DNA of 30,796 nucleotides from a virus (taxonomy: Duplodnaviria; Caudoviricetes), in the IMG/VR virus record IMGVR_UViG_3300030397_000600, positions 1 through 30,796 of that record. One strand, 5' to 3'. Within the stretch, counting starts at the first letter, position 1. Each line of letters starts with the position of its first letter. The notes below the pieces were generated by a model. The model saw only the letters and a program-made list of their open reading frames with translations, had not been told where the DNA came from and ran no database searches. Position numbers and translations under genes: made by a program. Positions 14,434 to 24,127 of the stretch are shown here, piece by piece.

Positions 14434-16155
14434 TCAGGGCCACTGAACAAGCGACTCGTTCAAGAAGTCAAAATCATTGATCGACAGTCCCTCCCTGATA
14501 TAGATGAGCCCTTGCATATCGCTGTGCCATATTGCGTACGCCGAAGTGATCGGAGGGGTGTACCCCCCGCCTCCCGTGGGCGGGCTGGCGGGGTTAACCG
14601 TCCTGGGCCCGAATTGGTCAGATACAAAACCGGGCTTGGAGCCAATGCAATACAAATTGTACTTAATCAGATTCCCCTCAATATCGACTTCTATCTCTGC
14701 TGGCGGAAACCAGTGATTGAGCCAGAACCCTTCATTTAATTTTGGGTCCCATGGGCCAAAGTTTCCGGCCTGTACGCTTTGGGTATTAAAAGTACCCTGT
14801 AACACCTGCCCCGTCGTGGTCGCGATAATGTCATTACCAAGAAGGTCAACGCCAACCTTGTAGTTAACATCGCCCGCCGAAAGCCCCAAGCCGTTGTAAT
14901 CGATTCTGAGCCCCCACTCTATTTCAAGCCTTGAATCGTAAAGCGGAATCAGGTCTTCGTAAGGGCCCACTCCGTGCCGGTTATAATCGCCATCGGCGGT
15001 TCTAAAATACGTTCGCTGACTCGTGTCACCCAGCGTCATAGCAATATCCCAGCGAATGCGCGCACTCACTGCTCTGTGAGTGTGGCCCACGGGGATCGGC
15101 TCGGGGTCCTCTCCAGGCGGTGGCCACCCTCCGGCACCGGGCTCTATTCGGTGGGTGTTTCGCGTGGTCCACAGTGGGCCAAGTAAGGTAAAGTTCTCCG
15201 AGACGCTGGGACCATTGAACCCGTCGCCGAGCCAGGTGGTGCCGAGCGACAGAAGATTATGGAGCGGCTCTACATAGTAGAAAATCGAGGCGGGCGCACA
15301 GGGCCTCGGGTTGTTCCTGAAGCCTATGACCTTGGGGCTCTTCCAGTCCTGGTTCTCAAACTTAACCACGACATCATCGTTGTCAACGAAAGCAGCCGCG
15401 TGGCAGGTGCCGTATTCAATCGGCACATTCTGCAGCTTTGTCGATTGGTTGATGTTGAGGTTTTGAGCGCTGGACTTAGCGCTATTCAGCGTAACCGTGC
15501 CGGTATTTTCTCCCCGATTGATATGGGACAATCTACCTGTCCGGTAGGTGGGCATGAACTTCTGCCAACCCGGCAGTAATGACCCGTTAAAGAAAACCTG
15601 TTCCGGGGACTGGATTTCGCGGGCGACCAGCTCGCCATACTCTGAGGTATACGGGGGGGCGCCGGGGGCTATTAATACCTCGTCGGGATCGCCATCGATC
15701 TCTATGAGAGCGACATCACCCGATCCAGACGTGGTGTAGTCGGCACACCATACCCCACGCAGTTGGGTCATGTTCACTTTGTTCAGTGCCGCGGCCTGAG
15801 CCACAACATTCGCCTGCTCGAGCTTCAACAGGCCCAGCGCAATGACGGCCTTGTCCTTCTTCGCGGTTGCCTCGATTGCGGCTACCGTGGCTGAATCGAG
15901 GGCCTTTTTGTCTTCGTCCGTTTTGTCGGTCGCGTTGTAAGCAGAGATCGCAGAGTACAGCGACGTAAGGGACGCCGCCTCAGCGGTTATCGCAGCATTG
16001 GCAGCGGCGGTGGCCGCAGTAATTTCAGCGTTGAGTTCGTCCGCGCGATCACTCAGGGCCGAGAGCCTGGCTGACTTTTCAGCTGAGCCATAGTCAATGG
16101 TGATCGTGTAGTTGCCCGGCGTCTCACCAATCTCGGTGATTGTCCCCTTACCCAC
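14434..16155 (-). CDS. Tail-tip / receptor-binding candidate (coiled-coil N-terminus, Gly/Pro-rich C-terminal domain)
   Basis: 573 aa, last gene of the late operon; Ala-rich heptads over roughly aa 25-125. Confidence 0.55.
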   Translation of the reverse strand: MGKGTITEIGETPGNYTITIDYGSAEKSARLSALSDRADELNAEITAATAAANAAITAEAASLTSLYSAISAYNATDKTDEDKKALDSATVAAIEATAKKDKAVIALGLLKLEQANVVAQAAALNKVNMTQLRGVWCADYTTSGSGDVALIEIDGDPDEVLIAPGAPPYTSEYGELVAREIQSPEQVFFNGSLLPGWQKFMPTYRTGRLSHINRGENTGTVTLNSAKSSAQNLNINQSTKLQNVPIEYGTCHAAAFVDNDDVVVKFENQDWKSPKVIGFRNNPRPCAPASIFYYVEPLHNLLSLGTTWLGDGFNGPSVSENFTLLGPLWTTRNTHRIEPGAGGWPPPGEDPEPIPVGHTHRAVSARIRWDIAMTLGDTSQRTYFRTADGDYNRHGVGPYEDLIPLYDSRLEIEWGLRIDYNGLGLSAGDVNYKVGVDLLGNDIIATTTGQVLQGTFNTQSVQAGNFGPWDPKLNEGFWLNHWFPPAEIEVDIEGNLIKYNLYCIGSKPGFVSDQFGPRTVNPASPPTGGGGYTPPITSAYAIWHSDMQGLIYIREGLSINDFDFLNESLVQWP

Positions 16156-17470
16156 GATCCCCTACGTCCATGTAAGAATCGCCGGAGTTCGTGGCGTAGT
16201 AATTGATATACGCCGGAACAATCGAGCCGCCGCTGTAATTGGCAGTATCCCCGGGACGAAGGAACCAATCAATCGCACATCGTATCCGCGTGCTACCCCC
16301 GATCGTCGTGCTGATCGAGCGCTCTTCTGTGAGCACGCGCGTTTTCGGATCGGTGGGCACCGTATACGGGTCACCATAGCCAGATATCGTGCAGGTGTGG
16401 TTTACATATCCCCGGTCAAATGTACTGAGCTCCAAAGGGGCGCGCGCCAGCTCTGACTGGACGAGTACGCCCTTAGCCACGGTTTGCCGACAAAGTACTA
16501 TTTCTTCTACTCCCTGACGGGCGGTAATTTCGTCGACGTACTCATCCACATTTGGAATGACTGCTTGTGCATATATCGCCCTATCTGTCTGGATAGTGGC
16601 CTGCCAGCTGGATATCGGGATGATAATGTCGGGCGTGCCGGTGATGGTCAGTGAGTAGAGTTCATCGAACGCCTCTATTTCGCCCGTAAAATCATTGAAA
16701 GCAAGAGCAGCCCCGGCGCCAAGGGGTCCAGGGGCCGCACTGGAGCCGAATAAATGGGCACCCAGAACTTCTGGCGCTTGAAGCGGAGATGGCACTTCAA
16801 TTCTGGTTTCATACCCGGAATTATCAGGAAAGGCCCCTGTGGGCACGCTGGAGATCGTGCGCGCAACGCCCTGTGTTATCCGCAGGTCATCAATGTACCC
16901 GTTGAAGTACTGATAGGCGGCGATCGACCCCCTGCCTACATGCAAGTCGACAGTAGCGGGGGTGCTAGGCGGGACCGTTCCGCCCAAGGGGCTTGGTGTC
17001 CCGGCATCAACTTGGATTGTGATCACACCGCCACTGTGGGTAACGGAGACATAATGCCAGGTGTTTGGTGACAGGACAGAATTGACCTGATATCCGGCAG
17101 AGGGCGTAAAGCCGTGATAGGCATAAAATGCAATGTTGTTGCTGATAACGGCAAATTCTACACCGCTCCCCGTCCCACCCAGCGTGGATAGAATCATGCC
17201 TGTGTGCGAGGCAGCTATCCATATCCAGCCTTCAATGGTGTAATCTTCATCGAGATTGTGAAGAAAGTCATAGTCCCCGGGGGTTGTGACGTATTTAGCC
17301 GCCCCGTCGAGGCCCAAAGAGGTGGCACCCCATTTTTTCTGCGCGTCATCGAGCTCTGCGCCGCCGTGAAAGGTAAACGCATTTCCTACGGTAGGTGTGT
17401 AGGAAGTATCGCCGTCAGTGCCGTCGAAATGCGACAGCAGGACGACATCATCAAAATGCGGATCGGACAT
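16148..17470 (-). CDS. LamG/concanavalin-A-like domain tail protein
   Basis: DPHFDDVVLLSHFDG, DYTIEGWI, NTWHYVSV and FNGYIDDLRITQGVAR. Confidence 0.8.
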   Translation of the reverse strand: MSDPHFDDVVLLSHFDGTDGDTSYTPTVGNAFTFHGGAELDDAQKKWGATSLGLDGAAKYVTTPGDYDFLHNLDEDYTIEGWIWIAASHTGMILSTLGGTGSGVEFAVISNNIAFYAYHGFTPSAGYQVNSVLSPNTWHYVSVTHSGGVITIQVDAGTPSPLGGTVPPSTPATVDLHVGRGSIAAYQYFNGYIDDLRITQGVARTISSVPTGAFPDNSGYETRIEVPSPLQAPEVLGAHLFGSSAAPGPLGAGAALAFNDFTGEIEAFDELYSLTITGTPDIIIPISSWQATIQTDRAIYAQAVIPNVDEYVDEITARQGVEEIVLCRQTVAKGVLVQSELARAPLELSTFDRGYVNHTCTISGYGDPYTVPTDPKTRVLTEERSISTTIGGSTRIRCAIDWFLRPGDTANYSGGSIVPAYINYYATNSGDSYMDVGDRG

Positions 17471-17860
17471 TTAGCCCACTGTGGCGCTAATAATGCTGAC
17501 GGGCGCGCCGGAGAAAATAAGAAGACTGTTGATCACAAGATACCCTGATACGGCACTCGTACCTTGTTGCGCCGGCAGGCTTAAATGCACCAGGCCGTTC
17601 GAGTCGCAAAACTCCCCATAGGCGGCGGTGCCATCCGCGTCTGCACTGGTGTCGGGCCCGGAAAACGTGAAGGTCAGCTGACCGGCGACGTCGACGGTCC
17701 CGGCAGGATCTGTCAAGGGAACTTCGGCCAGAAGGACATCGGCGCCATCGCGGATCTTCACGGACCCGGCGGCCACCCCCGCATCGATCAGGTCGAGGAA
17801 GGATGTTTGTGCCGCGATCAGTGCTGCGGCTGAATAGGTTGCTTCAGAAGGTACGGCCAT
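17471..17860 (-). CDS. Putative virion structural protein
   Basis: 129 aa, Ala/Gly/Thr-rich beta-type sequence; abuts the LamG gene. Confidence 0.6.
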   Translation of the reverse strand: MAVPSEATYSAAALIAAQTSFLDLIDAGVAAGSVKIRDGADVLLAEVPLTDPAGTVDVAGQLTFTFSGPDTSADADGTAAYGEFCDSNGLVHLSLPAQQGTSAVSGYLVINSLLIFSGAPVSIISATVG

Positions 17861-17865
17861 CGGGC

Positions 17866-19344
17866 TTACTCCTCAGTCGAGATGGCGGCGCGCGCCGCTT
17901 CCTGGGCCAGCTCATTGGTTGAAAATACGATACCCTTGGCCTTGCACGCTTCCCGCCACTTTTTCACCTGCTCCAGCAACTGGGTCGGGTTCCCGCCGCG
18001 ACGGCGAATCATCTCGATCTCACTGGCAAATCCAGCCTGTACCAGCGCCTCAGCACCCAGGGCCTCTTTCAACGGATCAATCCAGGGCATGGCCTGGGCA
18101 ACATAGAAGGCATCTTTCATCGACGCGGGATCGACATCCGACGGCATCCGAACAACGCCAGAGAGGTGGGCGGTCTCCACAAACCGATGCCACACAGGCT
18201 GCAGGAAACTGCCCACAAATTCGTCGACCAGGACTGCGTAATGCACCCACTGTTCTACCAGCTCCTGCCTCTGGGCTGAGTACGTGCCGTTATAGTCCTT
18301 ACTTAAGCTGCTGTAGCTGCCACCGAATCCGCAGGCCACCCCGCGGAGTTGTCCTTGCCTGAAGGTGATCAGATTGGGGTTCGGGCGCTTCGAATCGACC
18401 ATGCCAATCTCTTCGCCTGGCGTGAGGTCATCGATAACCATCCCCGCCTGGAAGTTGATTTGGCGGTCCTCGTCGGTCTGCGCGGAGTCGTACTGATCCG
18501 CATTCCCCTTCTTCACGTAGGCCGTGAGCATCGCCGCGATCTTTGCGGCGACACGTTCCGACTCCTCATAATCCTTGATATCTTCGAGGCGGGTGATGAC
18601 GCTGGCGAACTCTGATATACCACGGACCTGGCCGATATTATCGATGCTCGCCAGTTGAACAACGCGCTCCCAGGGAATTCGCTTGGTTTCCGAACCGAAC
18701 GGTGCGCTGACCTTCCATGGCTCGGTCTTCAGAACATGTAGCGCCACCGGCCGCCCCCAGGTATTTCGTTCGATGCCCTGGAGAATTCGGTCACGCTCAT
18801 CGTTGAAATCAATAGGAACCAAATCGGCCTCGAACATCTCCAAAGACATCGGAACTTGGGTTCCGTGGTCGATATCGGCGCGGAGGCCCTGAACAAACTG
18901 CCCAAATGTTTCACCATCCCGGAGCCACCCACGGGCAACCGCGCGCTGGAGCTGTGAGAAACTCATCCGGTGCGTCACTTCCGGCTTGATGCACCAATCC
19001 CTATACGCCTCAGACAAATCGCGGGCGTACACTTCGTGAATCTCACCCTTCGCGTTCCGTGGTTCCGGCTCGATGCCGATGCCATTGGGGCCGGCGACAT
19101 TGTTGACCAGCACCCGAAGGGCACCCCTTGCGAGGTCGTGATTCCTTACCAGGTGTCGAGCCTGTGTCCGAATAGCCGTCGCGGATCGCTGAACGAGCTG
19201 GTTTTGGGAGCCACGGTTCTTGTAGAAGTTTCGATTCCTTGAGGGCTCCGCAGCCTCATAGTAGGAGAGCGCCTCCCGGGCCGCCCGGCGCCGGACAGCT
19301 GCCTCTGGAGACAGGTAAGCAACGACCTTGTCCAGGGTGTTCAT
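17866..19344 (-). CDS. Lambda-family portal protein (gpB-like)
   Basis: YEAA, R.QARHLVRNHDLARGA, DGETF, GQVRGISEFASV, YSAQRQELVE and WIDPLKE motifs. Confidence 0.93.
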   Translation of the reverse strand: MNTLDKVVAYLSPEAAVRRRAAREALSYYEAAEPSRNRNFYKNRGSQNQLVQRSATAIRTQARHLVRNHDLARGALRVLVNNVAGPNGIGIEPEPRNAKGEIHEVYARDLSEAYRDWCIKPEVTHRMSFSQLQRAVARGWLRDGETFGQFVQGLRADIDHGTQVPMSLEMFEADLVPIDFNDERDRILQGIERNTWGRPVALHVLKTEPWKVSAPFGSETKRIPWERVVQLASIDNIGQVRGISEFASVITRLEDIKDYEESERVAAKIAAMLTAYVKKGNADQYDSAQTDEDRQINFQAGMVIDDLTPGEEIGMVDSKRPNPNLITFRQGQLRGVACGFGGSYSSLSKDYNGTYSAQRQELVEQWVHYAVLVDEFVGSFLQPVWHRFVETAHLSGVVRMPSDVDPASMKDAFYVAQAMPWIDPLKEALGAEALVQAGFASEIEMIRRRGGNPTQLLEQVKKWREACKAKGIVFSTNELAQEAARAAISTEE

Positions 19345-19346
19345 GG

Positions 19347-19565
19347 TTAACAATTCCTGTTCAGATTTGCCTGCCGGAAGCGCAGCGGGTTGCCGTCAGC
19401 AACGGCCGCTTCGCGCGACACTTGGGCTTCCAGCGTCTTGATCATTTTCTGCACCTGTTCGAGCTCTGCCATACGGTGGGTCTTATCCCCATGGCGTGAT
19501 TCTTGCGCCTGCAATATTTCCAACTCGGCGGCAAGATAGGCATCCAGTCGCGTCTGTGTACTCAT
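19347..19565 (-). CDS. gpW-like head completion protein
   Basis: RLDAYLAAELEIL..QE.R.GD.THRMAEL; 72 aa directly upstream of the portal; GAGGAAGG RBS. Confidence 0.75.
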   Translation of the reverse strand: MSTQTRLDAYLAAELEILQAQESRHGDKTHRMAELEQVQKMIKTLEAQVSREAAVADGNPLRFRQANLNRNC

Positions 19566-19602
19566 GTCCTTCCTCTCGGCCTGCCTCTTCGAGGCTGGCG
19601 AT

Positions 19603-19953
19603 TTACGTTAATTTGTCGATGACATACAGCCTGAGCGATGATTCGTTCACGCCCGGCGTAAAACCCCGAAAATTAGCGAGATACACGCCGTCCACAGTGG
19701 CCACGTGCACCCGCGCATGCAGCTTCACCATCCTGTCCACCAGGTCATTCTGAGCCTTTGACTCGGGGCGCCAGGAATACACAAGATCCCTGTCGCTCTC
19801 TGAATACCCCCGGTCACTGATCGCGGAACCGCCATCCAACGTGGCCACACGATTGACCCTGCGGTTGGTTTCGCCGTTCGTGTTATTCGCAAGCGTATTA
19901 ATGGTGACCTGGCCCGACAGGTCGAACAGTTCGGAGGAGATTGAAACAATCAT
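19603..19953 (-). CDS. Putative distal tail protein
   Basis: 116 aa, ATGA-coupled to the tape measure; RRVNRVATLDGG. Confidence 0.5.
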   Translation of the reverse strand: MIVSISSELFDLSGQVTINTLANNTNGETNRRVNRVATLDGGSAISDRGYSESDRDLVYSWRPESKAQNDLVDRMVKLHARVHVATVDGVYLANFRGFTPGVNESSLRLYVIDKLT

Positions 19954-22517
19954 GACGTACCCAGCAGGGTCTGGAGGCCGTCTTTATTCACCCGCGTCTG
20001 GATGGCCTGGAACAGCTCATACATAATGGCCTCGAGGTGAGGCTTTAATCCGTCACCATTGACCTTGATGAGGGGGCTCCCCTCGGTGAGCGCTTTTGCC
20101 CTGGCTCGCGCCAGTACGATTTCCGCGTCGGTGAGGCGCTTTTGCTGCTCAAAACTCTCCTGGCGTCGCTGATCCTCTTTCTCGATTTGATCGACTATGT
20201 CCAACTTGTCAAACTTGGAAATATCGTCATCGCCCAGAAGGCTGAACAGATCGGTAACCGAGCTGCCAGTACTTTCGATGGCGGTACTGATCGACTCATA
20301 AGCCGCCACCGCCCTTTCGGCATCCGCCGAAATCTGGGCTGCAGTGATAACCGATTGCGCTTTAATGGCCGCGAGCTGCTTTTCAAGCTGTAGTTTGTTC
20401 CCCGCGGAACCGAGCTTGTCGGTCGACGCGGCTGCCTTGTCCATTGAGTTTGAGACAACGGAAAACGTACCCTCCAGCAGCTTGCCTTCCTTGCCCAGAT
20501 TGCTTGTTGCTTCGGCCGTGTCGTCGAGAATATCGTCGTAGGACTTCAGAATGCCGATTGTCCCGGCTGCGGCCTGTGGCGTGAGCTCGATTTCTTTCAG
20601 GCTGTCGGCGCTCGTACGGGCCGCATCTCCCATCTGGTTGAGAGCCGGCGTCATCCCGTCGTTAAGGCTGTTTATGATGTCGTAGGCTGAGTCATCGAAT
20701 ATATTGAACTTCTCAACAACATCGCCAATAAACGTGCTAATTGACGTTCCTGTTGTTAGCTCGGCTGCCTTGTTCGCCAAAGTGCCCAGCGCAAGACCGG
20801 CCGCGCCAGCAGCAGTCAGCAACCCCCCCTTGCCGAGCTGCGCGATAAGCCCCGTTTTCCCTTGGAGGGACGCACCAGCTGACCCAAGCGAAGTAACCAA
20901 GCTTAAGGACTGCTTTCCTGCAATAATTGCGACAAGCGCCTCGATGGACGGCAGCAGGGAGACCAGGGCGCCCGATAGAATATTCGCCTGTGTCGCAAAT
21001 CCTGAGAAATTTCCCAATGACTTGGCAAGCTCGGGGTCCAGGTCTCTGAGCCCCCCCACAATGTCGGTGATGGCGTCGAACATGGGGCCAAAAGATTCAA
21101 TAACCCCAGCGGTAAATTCAGACAGCCCCAGAAATGCCGCACCGGCCAGCTCAATCGCATCTTTCAGGCCATCGACGGTGGTGAGGTCGATCTCATCAAA
21201 CAGCACGCCAAGCGAATTGGACACCGTTCTCACACCGGCAATGAAATCAGAGAAGTCTGCCGCATCCAGCGCCGCGGGCAAATTCCGTGCTACGGTTTCA
21301 AGCGTTTCCTGAAGCCCCCGGAATTCCCCCTCTATGAAACTCACCAGCTGATTGATACCGCTGTTTTCTTTCTTTGCAGATGCGCCAAGGGATTGGAATA
21401 TGGCTGTTATTGCATCTGCAACCCCGCCAAACTCATCGAGCAGTGGTTCACCGATAACAATAAAGAGGTTCGTGAACGCGGCCTTGGCTCGGTCGGCTGC
21501 CTTCTCGGCTGTTCCCAGCTGCAGTGCGACCTCCTTTGCGGCACTACCGAGGAAATCGTAACTGTCTGAAGCGATACGAAGCGTGTCACTCAGGCCCGCA
21601 GTTACTGCCAGGAACTGTGAGGTCCGCTGTTTGCCCACGAGCTGCGAGGCGAGATAAATCTGCTGCTCTTTCTCAACACCCTGAAGCGCCGTCGCCACAT
21701 CAAAATAGATGTCTCTTGCCGAACGTAGCTCGCCATTCACACCAGTCTGGGAAACCCCCAACTCTTCCAGAGCAGCTACGACGGTGGGATTGTCGTCGAC
21801 GAGACTGAGGAACGCCGTCCTGAGCGCGTTGGCCACTTCGGACCCACTCTGGAAAACCTCAATACCAGGCGTAAGAATGCCGATGGTTTCCTGCAGGGAC
21901 AGCCCGGCGGTTTTTGCTACAGGAGAAAGAGTGGAGAAGCCCTTGAGAAGCTGGCCGGTCGTGGCTGCATACTCGTTTGACACCTGGTTGAGCAGGTCCA
22001 CGATAATCGCCGAATCGCCCACCTCGGCGCCAAAACCCTTGATTGAGGCAACCAGCTGAGCGGAGCTCTCAGCGGCCTCGACATTGCCGGCAATAACCAG
22101 GTCAAGCCCGGCCTTGGTCAGGTCTCCGGCCTCCCTCGCGGTGAATCCCGCCTGCTTGTAGTTGGTTATGGAGTTGAGGACATCAACGGACGCGACGCCA
22201 TACCGCTCCGACATCTCTATCGCAAGATCGGTGTATCGCTCAATGGAGTCAGTTTCAGAAAGGACCTTTTGGAGATCGGCAGCGGCCGACTGGAAGTCAC
22301 CGGCAGCTTTGACAGAAAAACCGACTAAGGCGGCACCGGCGGCCAAAATGCCGGCCTCGAGCTTGACGGCTGAGCCCGTGAAGTCTGCAATTGGCTGGGT
22401 CGCTGACTGCAGGTTGCCCGCGAACTTATTGGCGTTATTCAGCGCGGCCTGAGTGGCTGCGGCGGTTTTATCGACCCCCTCAAATACCAGCTCAATAGTT
22501 CTCTGAGCATCTGCCAC
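19950..22517 (-). CDS. Tail tape measure protein
   Basis: 855 aa, Ala-rich and helical; TP901-type core (GSEVANALRT); follows the chaperone genes. Confidence 0.9.
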   Translation of the reverse strand: MADAQRTIELVFEGVDKTAAATQAALNNANKFAGNLQSATQPIADFTGSAVKLEAGILAAGAALVGFSVKAAGDFQSAAADLQKVLSETDSIERYTDLAIEMSERYGVASVDVLNSITNYKQAGFTAREAGDLTKAGLDLVIAGNVEAAESSAQLVASIKGFGAEVGDSAIIVDLLNQVSNEYAATTGQLLKGFSTLSPVAKTAGLSLQETIGILTPGIEVFQSGSEVANALRTAFLSLVDDNPTVVAALEELGVSQTGVNGELRSARDIYFDVATALQGVEKEQQIYLASQLVGKQRTSQFLAVTAGLSDTLRIASDSYDFLGSAAKEVALQLGTAEKAADRAKAAFTNLFIVIGEPLLDEFGGVADAITAIFQSLGASAKKENSGINQLVSFIEGEFRGLQETLETVARNLPAALDAADFSDFIAGVRTVSNSLGVLFDEIDLTTVDGLKDAIELAGAAFLGLSEFTAGVIESFGPMFDAITDIVGGLRDLDPELAKSLGNFSGFATQANILSGALVSLLPSIEALVAIIAGKQSLSLVTSLGSAGASLQGKTGLIAQLGKGGLLTAAGAAGLALGTLANKAAELTTGTSISTFIGDVVEKFNIFDDSAYDIINSLNDGMTPALNQMGDAARTSADSLKEIELTPQAAAGTIGILKSYDDILDDTAEATSNLGKEGKLLEGTFSVVSNSMDKAAASTDKLGSAGNKLQLEKQLAAIKAQSVITAAQISADAERAVAAYESISTAIESTGSSVTDLFSLLGDDDISKFDKLDIVDQIEKEDQRRQESFEQQKRLTDAEIVLARARAKALTEGSPLIKVNGDGLKPHLEAIMYELFQAIQTRVNKDGLQTLLGTS

Positions 22518-22522
22518 CGGTT

Positions 22523-22696
22523 CTACCCCTTGTTTCGTTCACGGTAGTATTCGTTCCAAATTGCGGTTTCTACTTCGGTCAAGTAGCCCTCTGGGAAAAC
22601 ATCTGGTCGGGCTTCAAACAGGAATCGTCCACGCTTTGCGCAAAGTAATACTGCCGCCCTTATTTCGGGGTCTCGCCAGAGGGCTTTGGCTTTCCC
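22523..22696 (-). CDS. gpT-like extension reached by -1 frameshift (gpGT)
   Basis: G GGA AAG slippery site (22696-22690 on the - strand); the -1 frame reads GKAKALWRDPEIRAAVLLCAKRGRFLFEARPDVFPEGYLTEVETAIWNEYYRERNKG-stop and ends just before the TMP start. Confidence 0.85.
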   Translation of the reverse strand, partial: GKAKALWRDPEIRAAVLLCAKRGRFLFEARPDVFPEGYLTEVETAIWNEYYRERNKG

Positions 22697-23121
22697 AGTT
22701 CGGCGCCCCGCCCTGTTAAGCTCAGAATCGTTTGGGTCAGGTGATAGAACTGCGTGGGAAAGGTCTCAGCCAGCTTGACGGCTACGTCCCTGTGATTGAT
22801 CCCCAATTCCGGCTTGATGGACCCGACTGTCAACAGCTCTATCCGGCGGGATATGTCGGGAGGCACACCAGACTCAGAAATTCCCGCCAGTTTCCGAATA
22901 GCCTCAGCCTTGTCGCCATCACCTGAAAATGCCTCTACCAATGCCCTGGCGTTTTCAATCCCACTCTCTGCAGCAAGATTGGCGCGGCCCAGCTCAGCAC
23001 CGGTCAACCCCCTGACAACCCACAGCGGCTCCTCCTCCCCGAAAAAATCCTTCAGTTCCGGCACCTCAATGGTCTCCTCCCTGTGAACCAGAGACGCATT
23101 GAGGAATTTGTTGAGGTCCAT
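22660..23121 (-). CDS. Tail assembly chaperone (gpG-like)
   Basis: Lies between the tail tube and TMP genes and carries the slippery site near its 3' end. Confidence 0.8.
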   Translation of the reverse strand: MDLNKFLNASLVHREETIEVPELKDFFGEEEPLWVVRGLTGAELGRANLAAESGIENARALVEAFSGDGDKAEAIRKLAGISESGVPPDISRRIELLTVGSIKPELGINHRDVAVKLAETFPTQFYHLTQTILSLTGRGAELGKPKPSGETPK

Positions 23122-24116
23122 TAAGACGCCACGTCGACCGTGCCCTCAGCCGGCGTGATGGTGCAGGACGCAGTCACATTGCCACCGCCGGCCGGGAACG
23201 TCCGTGACATACCGAAGATACCCTGGGTCAATTGCTTCGGGACGGTAAGGTCACGGTCCGGCCGGAACTCGAACCACAGGTTTTTCCCCTTGAGAGGGAC
23301 AAAGTTGTCCGTAATGCCATCCGCCATCACGATATTGAACGACGCCTGGCCGAGCGAAGAACTGGAGCTGCCTACGGGTCCATCGTAGGTATCTGTTGAA
23401 CTGATGCTGTGGGTGTCCTCCGCCGGCACCCAGTCACTCGCCTTCGGCATCGGGGCAAACAGTGGTGTCGCGCCCTTGATGTACACCTTCTTGGCCACGT
23501 CTCCAGTGTGAATCGCGGGCAGCGCATCCACGAACGTAACCTCGCCGGTCGCGTAGTTGATCTCGCCGATCGGGTAATCAGAACGCTCAAGATGAAGTCC
23601 CGGCACCTGGTAGATCTCACCCGACGTCACGATGGCGGCCGTAATGCTGGTCAGGCGAACCTGCGCGATTTCTACGGACCCGACAGGTATATACGGGGGG
23701 CCACCGTCGGCCCCCCTGACCTCACTGAAAGCCGTGTTATCTACGCCAGCCACGGCAACGACAGCACCGCTCGAATTAACGGTGATGGAGGTGATCCGGT
23801 GCGTATCCGTGGTGAGACCGCGGCTCACAGAGATACCGGACGCCGCGGAAACCGCCACGACGCCGTCGGCATCAGCGCCTGTCATTCCGGGCGCCACTAC
23901 AGTCAGGGCCGCAACATCGACCTCGTCATTCGAACTGCCTGGCGTAACGACGCCGCCAGTCTTCAGACCATAGGGCGCCAATGTGGGAGCGAAGCCTGAC
24001 ACCCGGGACACCGGCGCGAAGGACGCGGAAAATTTAGTTTTGTCGCCGCTGTCCGTCATCTCCTCGAAGGGGTATGACGTCTGGCCGGACTCGTAACGTA
24101 CTATTGGTTGTCCCAT
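23121..24116 (-). CDS. Major tail (tube) protein
   Basis: 331 aa, Ser/Thr/Gly-rich; positioned between terminator and chaperone; GAGGA RBS. Confidence 0.65.
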   Translation of the reverse strand: MGQPIVRYESGQTSYPFEEMTDSGDKTKFSASFAPVSRVSGFAPTLAPYGLKTGGVVTPGSSNDEVDVAALTVVAPGMTGADADGVVAVSAASGISVSRGLTTDTHRITSITVNSSGAVVAVAGVDNTAFSEVRGADGGPPYIPVGSVEIAQVRLTSITAAIVTSGEIYQVPGLHLERSDYPIGEINYATGEVTFVDALPAIHTGDVAKKVYIKGATPLFAPMPKASDWVPAEDTHSISSTDTYDGPVGSSSSSLGQASFNIVMADGITDNFVPLKGKNLWFEFRPDRDLTVPKQLTQGIFGMSRTFPAGGGNVTASCTITPAEGTVDVAS

Positions 24117-24127
24117 TGGATTATCCT

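Noticed and set aside
14434-17470. Diversity-generating retroelement or invertible tail-fibre system
   Set aside because: No reverse transcriptase, invertase or TR/VR repeat pair seen in the window
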